Origin: the human T2T-CHM13v2.0 reference genome, Homo sapiens
DNA length: 64,000 nt
Assembly (NCBI RefSeq): GCF_009914755.1
Contig: NC_060946.1
Reading direction: 5' to 3' (one strand)
The notes below the pieces were generated by a model. That model did not search any database. It was not told where the DNA came from and saw only the letters and a list, made by a program, of their open reading frames with translations. Of this stretch, positions 15,778 to 31,899 are shown one piece after another; position 1 is the stretch's first letter, and each line of letters begins with the position of its first letter. A program made the translations under genes and the position numbers.

Positions 15778-16469
15778 GATTTTTTTTTTCCAAATTCAAG
15801 AAAGAAGTCTCAGTGTGAATGTAGACTTCTGCATGGCAGTTCTTAACAGAAAAGGGGCTAGGAGGTAGCAAGCTTTGGTTCTTAAGGACCAAAGGTATAG
15901 ACAGAAGAAAAGAACTTGGAGTGGCTGGAACACAACGTACATAATTCACGTGTCTGGGTTAAGAGCTCTGATGTATAAATTATTTTGCAAGTACAAAAAA
16001 GGGCTCCAAATTCCTGAGTGGACAGAGGAAAAGTACAGACCATCATGCCTGGGTAAGTGGATAAGCATCCTTACTAATTCACTGAGGAAGTCTGAAGTGC
16101 TTACTAAGCTCACAGAAATTGACTAGTCCTGTTAAGGCTCCTGTAAAGCCCACTAACCTATGCTCATGGTGGCTAAGGGGGCCACAGCAAAAACCATAAA
16201 AATTTTGGGGCTTTTTCAAAAAGTGCCTCCTGAAAATAATGCAGGAGGACAGTGCTCCTGCACACAGGCTCTGAGGGCAGAGGCCATAGGCTGCAGTGTC
16301 CTGCTGGGACAGGGGAGCATGCACAGATAGTCAATGCAGCCTGCACTCCAGGGCCTGACTCTCAGGAAAAGCAGGGCTAGGCAGCCCTGTAGGCCACGAC
16401 CCTTTGCTCTGCTGTCTAGAGCAGACAGACACTCTTCCAGGGAATAGGACTGGGGGTCAGCTTGCTTAC

Positions 16470-16575
16470 CATGTGGAAAGTGACGGATTAAAGCAGTACG
16501 CCTTCCCATCGGACAGGTTCATTACTGGGATTCCATGCTGCGTCAGCAAGATCTGTGATACCGTCATATCACTTC
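16470..16575 (-). CDS. HIRA: HIRA exon 21 (106 nt), SDMTVSQILLTQHGIPVMNLSDGKAYCFNPSLST(W)
   Basis: ctcag|GAAGTG ... CATG|gtaagc. Confidence 0.97.
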
Positions 16576-16939
16576 CTGAGGACAGCATGGGAATGAGTTC
16601 TGGGTGTGCTCTGATCAGCAAGTGTTTTCAAACATATCAAAGGAGAAATCTGTACTCTAGGCTCCCACAGTCCCAGCAGCAAATGCATCAACACTGCCTT
16701 GGCAAATAGGGAGGGCAAGCCATTCTCCTTGCCACACACCAGGCTTTTGTCACCTCTTGGGGACCCATTCAAACATGCCCCCAAAAAGTGTGTGTCTCCT
16801 GCAGCGTAACCACACCTCCTGCCTCACTGAGAGCCCTGGGCTGAGGCCAGAGCCTGGCTCTCTGAGCGGGGCCCTTCTGCAGCATCAGACATGAACTTGG
16901 GCCCCCAAAAGAGTAGGGACAGCCTGTTGCCTGCATTAC

Positions 16940-16998
16940 CTGCCAGGATGGAGTGTAGAGACTCTTCTTTCACCACAACCACCTGTCTGTGAACATCC
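16940..16998 (-). CDS. HIRA: HIRA exon 20 (59 nt), DVHRQVVVVKEESLHSILA(G)
   Basis: cctag|GGATGT ... GCAG|gtaatg. Confidence 0.97.
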
Positions 16999-17599
16999 CT
17001 AGGAGGGAGACAGGGAACAGTTTACTCACCAACCCAGGTAAACACATCAGAGTGTGCCTTGGCTGCTCAGACACCCTGGCCCTACTGCATGCGACCCTAA
17101 CCCTGGCCTCTCCTAGTGAGAGGGGCTCTGGGCTACGAGTGGCTTCTGCTCTCCATGTGCCACTACACTCCCTCTGCATTAAGGCTGCAGCACAAAGCCC
17201 AGGCAACAGAGCCATGGGGAACCCTCAGCGCCCACACCACTTTGGGGGAAGCCAGGCCACAGCAGCCACATCAGGAACATGGCCACATTCTGCCAGCTAA
17301 GACTCCATTTCTGATGAATCTTGCATAGGACCCTGGCAGTGCAACTGGTCGCATGGGCTGCTCCAGTAAGGAAATAATCGAGCAGGCAAGCTGCCTCCAT
17401 CCCCCTTGCACACTACCCCTCAGCCCTCAGCCTACCCAGGGCACCCAACACAAGCAATATCACTAACTGCTCAGGGCCTCTTCTGGGGCCTGATGGCCAG
17501 CCTTGTCCACTGCCTTCCCTGCCCCTGCAGTGAGGTGGGGCCTACACAGCCCTGTCCTGCCCTGGCTGAAGCCCACCCCACCCTGTGCCTGCCTCTCAC

Positions 17600-17761
17600 C
17601 AGACAGAGAGTGTGGCTGCAGCGGTGAGCGCCATGACGTAGGAGCCTGTGCAATGCAAAGTAGAGATCGGGGATGGCAGGAGGATGGGAGAGAGGAGACG
17701 GCGACCACAGGTGGAGAACACTGACAGCATCCTTTTTTCACAGGCGACACACACCACGTCA
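17600..17761 (-). CDS. HIRA: HIRA exon 19 (162 nt), DVVCVACEKRMLSVFSTCGRR...ATLSV(W)
   Basis: ctcag|TGACGT ... TCTG|gtgaga. Confidence 0.97.
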
Positions 17762-18653
17762 CTGAGAAGGCAGAGTGGGGGCAGGTGTCATGGGGGCTGA
17801 GTGCTGCAGCCAAGACAGTAGCCCTGGAAGTGTGGGCCTTCCCTCTGCCTGGGCCCAACAAGGGCCTCCCCTGAGCAGGTACAGCCAGAAGGGAAGGTGG
17901 ATTGGGTCAGGGTAGGGCTGGTGGGGCTGTTGGAGCCTCCCTGAGATCTTGGATGAAAGAGGCTTCTGTCCTATTTCCACAGGCTGCCTGCGCTTTCCTG
18001 AGCTCATGCTGATGCTGACCAAGGGGTGTGGGGGCTTTGGAGAGCCAATGCCTCTGATGATCACCCAGGAAACATGCCTTGCTCATCAGATAAGGCCACA
18101 TAGTACCCACAGGACAGTCTCCTGGCTGCAACTAGTCAGACCAGTCCTGAGAAGGTCTCTAACAAGGCAGGCTAAGAGAAGTATGGGGATGACAGCATGC
18201 ACCTCTGTGTCCAGGGGGCTGTCTGGCTGGCGTGGGAGATGTGTGTCGCTCCCAAACAAGGAGTGCGTTACAGAACAGTCTGGACACTGTCCAGCTTCTC
18301 CCGAGTGACCACCAGGCCCCTGGGTGGGCCCTGCACGAGCAGGCTGCTGCCTTCCCAGACAGAGCCCCCTAAGGCACAGCCACAGGCCCAGGGTGAGGCT
18401 GGAGCTCAGACGCAGGCAGGGGTAGCAGATGTACAGCCAGTACAGTGAGATCCTGGCCACAGTAGGCCACCCAGAGCCCCGCTTTGTGTCACTTCTATCC
18501 TGGTGAGCCAGTCACTCCAGCAGGCTCAAGGAGGTCAGTTAAGGAAGGAGCTCTGCCAACTGCCTTCCTAATGAGCCACTATTGCTACTGGCTCCAAAAA
18601 GGGAGAGGCAAGTGAGATGCTTTTGTTTACAAATGTTTACTTGGAGAGTATGA

Positions 18654-19148
<495 letters not shown>

Positions 19149-19739
19149 TAGCCCTCAGCTGGGCAAGCCACCTGCCTTGAGGGGAGTGACAGAGAGTGGG
19201 AGCCTGTGGAAGCATCTGATACACAGGTGCCTGGGACTGGGAATTTAAATGGCTCATCTGGAGGGGGAATTTGAGGGAGGAACAGAACAAACAGTGGGGT
19301 CCCCTAGGCCTAAAAACACAAAACTCACTCAGGGCCCACGAGAATTGTGGTCTAAGACCTAAGGCCATGTGCTTTGACACAAGTAAAAGCATTTACATGG
19401 CACCTCATGGCAGATGATTAAGGGTGTAATTATGATGACTGTATCTGGTCCTGACTGGGATGCTACATCAGACAGGAACCTGAGGAGAAACATTGGTTCC
19501 CCTTCCACATTGAACACAGGTAGGGACAGGGCTCACGTACAGTTCTAGGAACCCAGGGGAAGATACTGGGTGACTAATCACTGAATCAAGGTCCCCCTCA
19601 CAGTGCAGAATCTGGCATGGGCTGGGATGGGGACTTCAGGGACAGTCAGAAATCCATCCTGACCAACTTGGATGGAAATCTGGGATCCAAAAAAGGAACC
19701 AGCCCAGGTCAAGGTGAGCCAGGCACACCTCAGTGTGGA

Positions 19740-19900
19740 ATTCGAGACTTTGGGGATCTGGCTGGACAAGGGAATCAGGCCATCAGGTTCAAAGCTTGGC
19801 CTGGGTAACCCTCAAGGGCTCAGTTTCCCCATCTGTAACACGGGGATACTGATGCTGACCTTGCTGGGTGCTGCAGGGACTGAGATGACAAGCACATATG
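19740..19900 (+). mobile_element. MIR
   Basis: core ctcagtttccccatctgtaa. Confidence 0.65.
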
Positions 19901-20045
19901 CTTGGCCTGGAGTGAAGCCTGGTGTGAGTCTCTGTGGGAGCTGGTGCTCCCAGGGTCATGCACCTCCCCTAGACAGGCCCAGGCCCAGAATGATGGCATG
20001 TGTGCCTGTGTCACCTGGGCCGGCTAAGGACCTGCCCACCCTTAC

Positions 20046-20194
20046 CAGCTGCCCGCAGCAGTGAGGATCCGGCTGGTGAGTACCGTCTCCCACTCCTTCC
20101 CTTCCCGGTTGCACTTCAGGCGGCTCAGCTTCACGCCCCCCACCACTGTCACTTCATTCTCCACCTCAATGTACATGGAAGGATCGGAGCTGAC
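20046..20194 (-). CDS. HIRA: HIRA exon 18 (149 nt), VSSDPSMYIEVENE...ILTAAGS(C)
   Basis: ccag|GTCAGC ... GCTG|gtaagg. Confidence 0.97.
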
Positions 20195-21946
20195 CTGGAT
20201 GAAGTAAACACACGGGTCTGCTCAGACAAGGGCCGCAGCCCAGGTGACATGCTCCAAGGCTCTGTAGCCTGGGGCCCCAAGGCAGCAGCAGGATACAGAG
20301 GCAGACTGGCTGGCCAAGAGAGGAGAGGGAGGGCAGGTAGGGCAAAGGGGCTGAGCGGGAGGCCCAGAGGGCCAGACATGTGGCCCCCAAGGCAGGGAGA
20401 ATGCTGGGAGCTGGTTTCTACCCTGTCATTTGTGTAGTTGAACAGCCAGAGAAGAGAAGCAGTGCCAGGGTTAAAGACCCCAAAGTCTCCCAACCCTGCC
20501 ACTTCATCTCACAAGGGAGTAACGTGCCCAAAAGCACACTGCAAAGGACCGAGCTGGGAGTGAGACTTGGGTTTCTAGCCTCCTACTTGAAGAATCTTCA
20601 AAGATGGCAGTGTTTGGCAAGATTAGAGACCATGTCAGTGCTTGGAGGGAATGTTTAGAAAACCCCCAAAGGGGCTCTCCAGTTCCTGTGGTGGTGAGAC
20701 TTGGTCTGCTCAACTGAGACTAAACTGGCAGGGGTGTTTATGGCACAGCATGTATGAAAAGCACCTAATTCAGTGTCTGGCACCAAATGGGCTCAGCCAC
20801 ACGCGTGTGTGGGGAGCTGACCAACAGATTTTCCCTGTGGTAAAATAGGCAGAACCACCAAACAGTCTGTGCTTGTGTGGCCACTCAAGTGGGTGAGCTG
20901 GGCCGAGGGCTGACTGCCCCCTTCACAGACCCAGAAATGACAGTCCCAAGCAGTGCTTGGAGGGCAAGATGCCTAGGGGAAGGGCTGGAGGAGTTTGGGA
21001 GAGTTCTGTGCTGAGAAGCAGGGCACCCAGGAGGGAACCTAAGTCAGAACACCTCTGAGTGCAAGAGCACGTCTGAACGCTGCTGACCACTGGAGGGCCC
21101 CTGCCTCCGTTCACACCAGCAATAAGAACAAACCCTATGGGTTCCTACCCTTTGGCTTCCCTGCTTCATTCCTCTGCACTGTGGCCCAGAAGGACCTATG
21201 GTAGGAAGGGCTGACGCCTGCTCTCTGGTGCCCTGTGAGGACCAACCTGGGCTCAGAGCAGTGTGTAGCCAGTGGGAAGTGACCCGCAAGCAGGGTCCAA
21301 GAAGGCTGCTCGAGGACACGCACCTGAGCTGAGGTACAAGGGTATGCAGAGAGGCAGCAGTGTGTGTGACGGCACCATGGCAGGAGAGGCCTAGATACTA
21401 TGCTGGGCCAAGTGACCAGGAGGGCTCTGGGTATAAAGGATTATTTACTCCAGAATTGTGTTTTGGATAACCACATGCTTACAAGCTTCCATTCCAAGAG
21501 CTCAAACAACTCTGATGATTGACTGTGCCAGACACTGAGAAGACAAAGCTAGCAGGATGGTTGGGAGATAGATTATGACCACACATTCCCACAGACACCA
21601 AGCCTGAGGCTGCCCAGGGCTGTGTGTGGAGGTGGAGGTGGCTTCCAGCCAGGACACCTGAGAGGAGTCCTGAAGAGCACCAGAACATGTGGTGGTAATG
21701 GCAGCCCCAGCAGCTGGAATCCCAAGGGCAAAGCCAGACAGAGGCTATGGGTGAGTGAGAGTGGAGGCTGGCAATTTCGCTAAGAGTTGGTGGGTACCCC
21801 GATCTGCTATGACTTCTCCCAGAAGGTGATGGAGAGCCACTGGAAACCAATCTCCAAGGAAGTGACAAGATAGGATTTGTATGCAGTAGGGGACAGAGAA
21901 TGTCTGGGTGTGCCTGAGGGAGAACTGGCAGGGTCCTAGAACTTAC

Positions 21947-22051
21947 CTGGAGGGTGAATGCTCTCTGGGGGCTTGGAATTGGCAGCTTCAGTGCAAGTGC
22001 TGGTGCAGACAGACACATGGCCTCCTTCTCTGCGGTTAGGGCAGCTGGAGA
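21947..22051 (-). CDS. HIRA: HIRA exon 17 (105 nt), SPAALTAEKEAMCL...RAFTLQ
   Basis: ccag|TCTCCA ... CAG|gtaagt. Confidence 0.97.
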
Positions 22052-22436
22052 CTGGAAGAGCCAGAAACGTTCCTGAGCCTTGCTCTAACACTACGGGGTA
22101 GCATTTGGTAAAGGCAGGTCACCCAGAAGTGAGGCTGAGCCTGCGACCAGAGCATTTCCACCCTGGGAGGGAGGAAGCAGAGGGGAATGCTACAAGGATC
22201 CTAACCTCATGGACAAGCCAGTTGATGCCAGGGAACCTGCTCAAGGGCCCTGGGTGAGTCAAGGGCACATCTGAGGGAGAGCGTGGCCTCCATGCTACAT
22301 TCCAGGGGCTGCATGTCTAAGCCAGCTGGTTCCCAAGGTGACCCACCCAGCTGAGGCTTACCATGCACACAGGGCCTTCAAGCTCTAAGTACAGAAAGGT
22401 GGGCTAAAGAAGGCAGGATGGGCCCACTGGCCTCAC

Positions 22437-22641
22437 CTGGACAGACAGAGACACAGGCATGAGACGAGAGTCCTTCCGAGGCCGCCCTTTCTTCTTCTTC
22501 TCTACTGTCTCTACCTCAAGCTCAAGTTTTCGCTTGGACAGTGAGGAAGCCTTAGCCAAAGGGACTTTCTCATCGCTGTCACTGCTGCTCTCCAGGAGGT
22601 CTCGGGGCCTCAGCTCTTTCACAAGGTTCTGCTCTTTTAAC
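22437..22641 (-). CDS. HIRA: HIRA exon 16 (205 nt), LKEQNLVKELRPR...KRKL...KKKKGRPRK...SLSVQ
   Basis: tgcag|GTTAAA ... CAG|gtgagg; RXL and AT-hook/NLS-like motifs. Confidence 0.97.
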
Positions 22642-23223
22642 CTGCACAAAAACATTACATCACACTTCCCTTCAGAAACCATTCATGCAAGAAAGAGTGA
22701 AGTGAAATATTTAAAGTGCTTAAACAAACCTCTTGCCAACCTAGAATTCTGTGTCCAGTGAAATTATGCCTCAAAACTAAAGGAGAAATAATGACTTTGT
22801 CAGACAAAAATAAACAAAGAGACACCGGAATCTGTTGCCAGAAGACCTGCCTTGCAAGAAATGTTAAAAGTCTTTCAGAGAGAAGATAAATGATGCAGGC
22901 CAGAAACTCACATCTGCATGAAGAAAGGAAGAGTGATGTTAGAGAAAAAAAACAATGAACATAAAATAGAATCTTTTGTATTTCATATTCCCAACTGATC
23001 TGAGAGACAACTTTCTGTTCAAACAAATAACAGCCACCATGTCTTGAATTACTATAGTTTATGAATGAGTGAAATAAGTGGTACCAATGTCATAGGGCAT
23101 GGAAGGAAAGAGTGGGGAACTCTTTCTACTACCCATGAAGTGGTATAATATTATTTGAAAGTAGAGTTAGGTTATAAATGTTTATTGTAAACTCTAGAGC
23201 AATCACTAAAAAAAATTTTTTAA

Positions 23224-23628
<405 letters not shown>

Positions 23629-23660
23629 TAAAAAGAAGTGAAGATTAAAAAAAAAGAATA

Positions 23661-23972
<312 letters not shown>

Positions 23973-24035
23973 AAATGGGTTTATGTTTTTAAAAATTTAA
24001 TTTTAACTACAAAAGACAAAGACAGATTAATAGTA

Positions 24036-24185
24036 GGTGGACACAGTGGCTCATGCCTGTAGTCCCAGCTACTTGGTAGGCTGAGGCAGGAGGACTGCTC
24101 GAGCCCAGAGGCTTGAGAGCAGCCTGGGCAAAATAATGAGACCCCATCTCTAAGAACAAAAAATAAGTAAATAAATAAATACAAG
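24036..24185 (+). mobile_element. FLAM/Alu monomer
   Basis: monomer with A-rich tail. Confidence 0.8.
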
Positions 24186-24325
24186 AAAAGGGGTGATTCT
24201 AACTATATGACAACCTGGAACAGGCAAAACCATGGAGACAATAAAAAGATCAGTGGTTTCCAGGGGTTGGGGAAAGGAAGGTAACTATATGAAGCACAGA
24301 ATTTTTAAGGCATTGAAACTATTCT

Positions 24326-24625
24326 GGCTGGGTGTGGTGGCTCTTTCCTGTAATTCCTACACTTTGGGAGGCCAAGGTGGGCAGATCACTTGAGGTCAGG
24401 AGTTTGAGACTGGCCTGGCCAACATGGTGAGACCCCATCTCTACTAAAAATACAAAAATTAGCCACGTGTGGTGGCATACACATGTAATCCCAGCTACCT
24501 GGGAGGCTGAGGTAGGAGAATTGCTTGAACCTGGGAGGCGGAGGTTGCAGTGAGCCGAGATGCGACTGTGCCACCGCACTCCAGCCTGGGCAATAGAGCG
24601 AGACTCTGTCTCGAAAAAACCCAAA
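24326..24625 (+). mobile_element. AluS
   Basis: TSD aaactattctg. Confidence 0.92.
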
Positions 24626-26475
24626 AAACTATTCTGTAAGATATATAATGATGAATATATGTCATTATACATTGGTTAAACCCGTAAAACGTACAACATC
24701 AAGAGTAGACCCAAATGTAAACTTTGGGTGACGGTGTGCCCCACTCTGGTGGGGGATGCTGAAAGTGGGGGATGCTATGGGTATGTTGGGGAGGCGGGCA
24801 TGTGGGAACTCTTTGTATTTCCTGTTCAATTTAGCTGTGAACCTAAACTGCTCTAACAAATAAAGTCTATTAAAAAAAAAAAGCGAGGACTGGAGAAAGA
24901 CATGCCATGATAACACTAATCAAAAAAAGGTGGTGTAGTTACGTAAGCAAAGCAGGCATCAGAGACAGTAAAGTTATCAAGGATAAAGAGGGACATTACA
25001 CAGTGATAAAGATGAAGGAGTCAATTCTTCAAGAAGACAGAACAATTCTGAATAAGTACACAGGCATACCTTGTGTTATTGTGCTTTACTTCACTGTGCT
25101 TCGCAGAGACTATGTTTTTTTTACAAGTTGAAGGTTTGTGGCAACCCTGCATCAAGCAAGTCTATTGGCGCCATTTCCCCAACAGCAGGTGCTCATTTCG
25201 TGTCTCTGTGTCACATTTTGATAATTCTCACAATATTTCAAACATTTTCATTCTTATTGTATCTGTTTTGGTGATCTGCCATTAGTGATCTTTCATGTTA
25301 GTATTATAACTGTTTTGGGGCACTGTGAACCACACCCATGTAAGATGCTGAACTTAATCAATAAATGGCGTTTATGTTCTGACTGCTCCACCAACTGGTT
25401 GTTCTCCTGTCTCCCTTCCTCTCCCCAGGCCTCCCTATTATCTGAGACAAAACAATATTGAAATTAGGCCAATCGATAACCCTATAATGGCCTCTAAGTA
25501 AGTGTTAAACCAAAAGCTAAAAATGATTAAGCTTAAAGAGGAAGGCACATTGAAAGCTGAGACAGGCCAAAAGCTATACCTTTTGCACCAGTTAGCCAAG
25601 GTGTGAATGCAATGGAAAAGCTCTTAAAGGAAGTTAAAAGTGCTACTCCAGTGAACACATGTTTGAAAAGAAAGCAAAACAGCCTTATTGCTAATATGGA
25701 GAAAGTTTTAGTGCTCTGGATAGAAGATCAAACCAGCCACAACACTCCCTTAATCCACAGCCTAATCCAAAGCAAGGCTCTAACTATTTTCATTTCTATG
25801 AAGGCTGAGAGAGGTGAGGAAGCTGGAGAAGAAAGTCTGAAGCTAGCAGAGGTTGGCTCATGAAGTTTAAGGAAAGAAGCTGCCTCTATAACATAAAACG
25901 GCAAGGTGAAGCAGCAAGTGCTAATGTAGAAGTTGCAGCAAGGTATTAGAACATCTAGCTAAGATCATGGATGAAGGTGGTAACACTAAACAACAGATTG
26001 TCAGTGTAGGTAAAACAGCCTTCTATCAGAAGAAGATGTCATCTAGGACTTTCCTAGCTAGAGAAGGGAAGTCAATGCCTGGCTTCAAAGTTTCAGAAGA
26101 CAGGCTGGTTATCTTATTGAAGTGAATGCAGCTGGTGATTTTAGGTGGAAGTCAATACTCATTAACTATTCCAAAAATCCTAGGGCCCTTAAGAATTATT
26201 CTAAATCTATAAATGCAACAAGAAAGCCTAGATGACAGCACATCTGTTTAGAGCATGGTTTACTGAATATTTGAAGCCCAATGTTGACACCTACTGCTTG
26301 GAAAAAAAGATTCCTTTCAAAAGATTGCTGCTGACTGGCAATGCACTTGGTCAACCAAGAGCTCTGACAGAGATGAATGTTGTTTTCATACCAACTAACA
26401 CAACACACATTCTGCAGCCCATGAACAAGGAGCATTTTCATCTTTCAAGTTTCATTATTTAAGAGGTACATTTTT

Positions 26476-27146
<671 letters not shown>

Positions 27147-27458
27147 TCACCATTCTAGATGTCATTAAGAACATCAGTGATTCATGGGATGTCAAAATAT
27201 CAACCTTAACAAGAGTTTGGAAGAAGCGGATTCCAACCCTCATGAATGACTTTGAGGGGTTCAAGACTTCAGTGGAAAAAGTCATTACACATGTGGTGGA
27301 AACAGTAAGAGAACTAGAAGTAAAGCCTGAAGATGGGACTAAATTGCTGCAATCTCATAAAAAACTTGAACAAATGAGGAGGTGCTAGTTAGGGAAGAGC
27401 AAAGAAAGTAGTTTCTTAAGATGGAATCTCCTGGTGAAGATGCTGTGCATATTGTTGA

Positions 27459-27772
<314 letters not shown>

Positions 27773-27943
27773 TTTATTGGCATACATTGAAATATCATGC
27801 CATCGAAATCCTTTTTGTAAGGTTGGTACTAATGCCTCCTTTCATTTCTGATTGTATTTATTTATATACTAATCATACTTTAATACAACTGTATGTCGGG
27901 CTTTTTTCAAATAACATTCCATCTGAACTATTTTTCCATAGTA

Positions 27944-28594
<651 letters not shown>

Positions 28595-30359
28595 TACTTT
28601 GGTCCTTATAAACATTAAAGAGAGGCACAACATAATGAATAGCTTACTTCCTCAACACCTCTCTTTTGAAGAAGTTGGTAAATGTTTCTCATAATGCTGT
28701 GTTAAACATCTCTAAATATGACAGACTCCCTGGATCACAGGTGCTATCACTGATCTTATTTCCTCAAGGAGTTCACCATGAGTGAACTCCTGTCTAGTAT
28801 CCAAGAGCCCTCATCCCTGCCTGCCTTCCCACTGCTAACCAGCCTCTGGCCTGTTAGCCCCTCCTCTGGGCACTGTCTTCAGCTGTTTTCCCTGCTAGTC
28901 ACCTGGGTCAAAGAAATGTGGGCAGATACACACACCAGCGTGTAGAATCCTGGATTCTTTTCATTTGTATCCATGTGAAAAACTGGGAAGACAAGAGGCC
29001 CATGACGCTGCTCTGTGAAACTGAAGTGTCTGTTCCCCTTTCTTCTAATGTCCTACAACAGGGCAAAGCATCCATCTGTGGGTGTAGCTTAATATTCTGG
29101 AAGTCCTGAGTCAGTGCTCCTCAAAATCCTTTAAAAATTTTTTTTTTTTTAAATGTCAGACATTTGCCTCTTCAAAGAGCTTGTTTTACTATGTTGTAAA
29201 AATCAGATCATGTACATTTTCATATTAAATTTTTTGTTAAATAAGCTTTTGGAACAGTCAAAAATGCTTTCTCTCAGATGTTCTGAATATGGAAATGGAA
29301 TATTAGCTTGTTCTAATTTTTTCTAACATGAATTTTCCTGGTTCAGACTGATCTGAAAGGGTTTCATGTATTAAAATGAGAGAATCCTATTGTGAAACAT
29401 GGAAAAAAAGTCAGACTTTTATGTAACTATCGTTTTGTAAAATACAGCGAGAATGTCACAGCAACGTCCAACTATCATCTAAGTTTCTAAGGCGGGCGGT
29501 GGCTTCCTGAGCTCACCACAGCACTGGCCCATGACATACACTTGCTTGGCACTGCCGAGCTCCAGCTGCTCCACCCTCTCTGGTTGGGACCCCTGAGAGC
29601 CCTTAGGAGTCTCCCCACCTCCTGCCTCTGCCAGATGCCCCATTCAGGGACTCTGGGGCCAGTGGCCCACTGGGAACTGCACCTCCCCAGCCTGCATGTG
29701 GGCTTGTATCAGTTGTTACAATATCCCTGGGAGCACCAGGTAAATCGATCTACAGCAGTTGCCCAATGGGTCTAGACATCTGTGAAGCAAGAGCACAGCT
29801 GGCCAGGGCTGCCCCCCTTACAAATGGGCTCCATCCTAGGTTCTGTCTGCTCAGGCCTACTTGCCCTGTAGTCACTTACCTCAGGTCCCTACGTGCTTCT
29901 GCCTGACACCTGGCCTTAGGAGAGGGTGGAGCAGAAGACCCACAGTTTCACCCAGGGCTGCTACCCTGTACCTGGGATGCTAGCATTTGGCTCCCAATCC
30001 ACCTGAGGCTCTTGGCTAGGAAGTGCCAGTCAGGTTGCAGGGGTCTCACTGCCCAACCACTGTGACGCACAATGAAGGAACAACAGCAGGAGCTGACATG
30101 TGCTGCTCACCGTGAGGCAAGGACCAAGATACGGCTTTACAGGCCTAAGGTTAAGGGATACCTCCTATGAGGAGAGTTTTCCTGGGAGGTCCATTCTGCC
30201 TGAGAGGAGATGGACTCAGAAAGACCATGTGTCTCAAGATTATCCCTCCTCCCTCTCTGAGGAAGTGGGGGACCTGGGCCTAACTTGCAAGGTGTATTAC
30301 TTTGCGCACCACCCCTAACCACTGCATGACACTGTGCCTCAAAGAAAATCTCCACTGAA

Positions 30360-31255
<896 letters not shown>

Positions 31256-31899
31256 TCCAGTGATGGGTGTTTTAAAGGGCTCCTCCTGGTTTTCATTGAG
31301 AATCAATACAAGAAAACAGCCACATCAAGAAAGTATCTGCATTTTCTGTAAGGCCTTTGTTAAAGATACTGGGACTTGTTTTATTTCATTTTCCTCATAT
31401 AAGGATCCAACCCAACCTGAGAATTCAGCACCAGGCTCCTAGAAGCTCACTATACTCATTCTGGCTGGAAAGCAGGAAGCTCAGCCCCAAGTGAATGCTC
31501 ACTCACTGCCACTTTCAAGTGAGAAACTGAGGATGACAAATGTGATGGTGGCCCCTTATTATACAGATCTTGCTACAGCTGTATTTATGGCTGGACGGTC
31601 TTGTGAGACCCTGTGGACATAGCTGCTGAGGAACCAACCCTTGTGGCACCAGGACCCAGGATATACAGTCAAGATTCTGTCTCCAGAAGCCAATCTAAGG
31701 GCTATCCTCCTGGCTTCTCATTCAGGGTATGCACTACATGAGAGATAAGGGCCACAGAAAGCCACAAAGCAAACATGAGTGTCTTCCTCAATAAGCAGGA
31801 CTGTCTGTGGCACACTGTAGTTTCTCTCAGGTGGGGAATTCATTTTATTTATTTTGTTCAGAACTTGCTCCATTTCAAAATCTGAGGTTTCTTCACCTT

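Noticed and set aside
28767-28791. Perfect 10-bp hairpin aggagttcac-catga-gtgaactcct
   Set aside because: About one such stem is expected by chance in 64 kb; too short for a pre-miRNA
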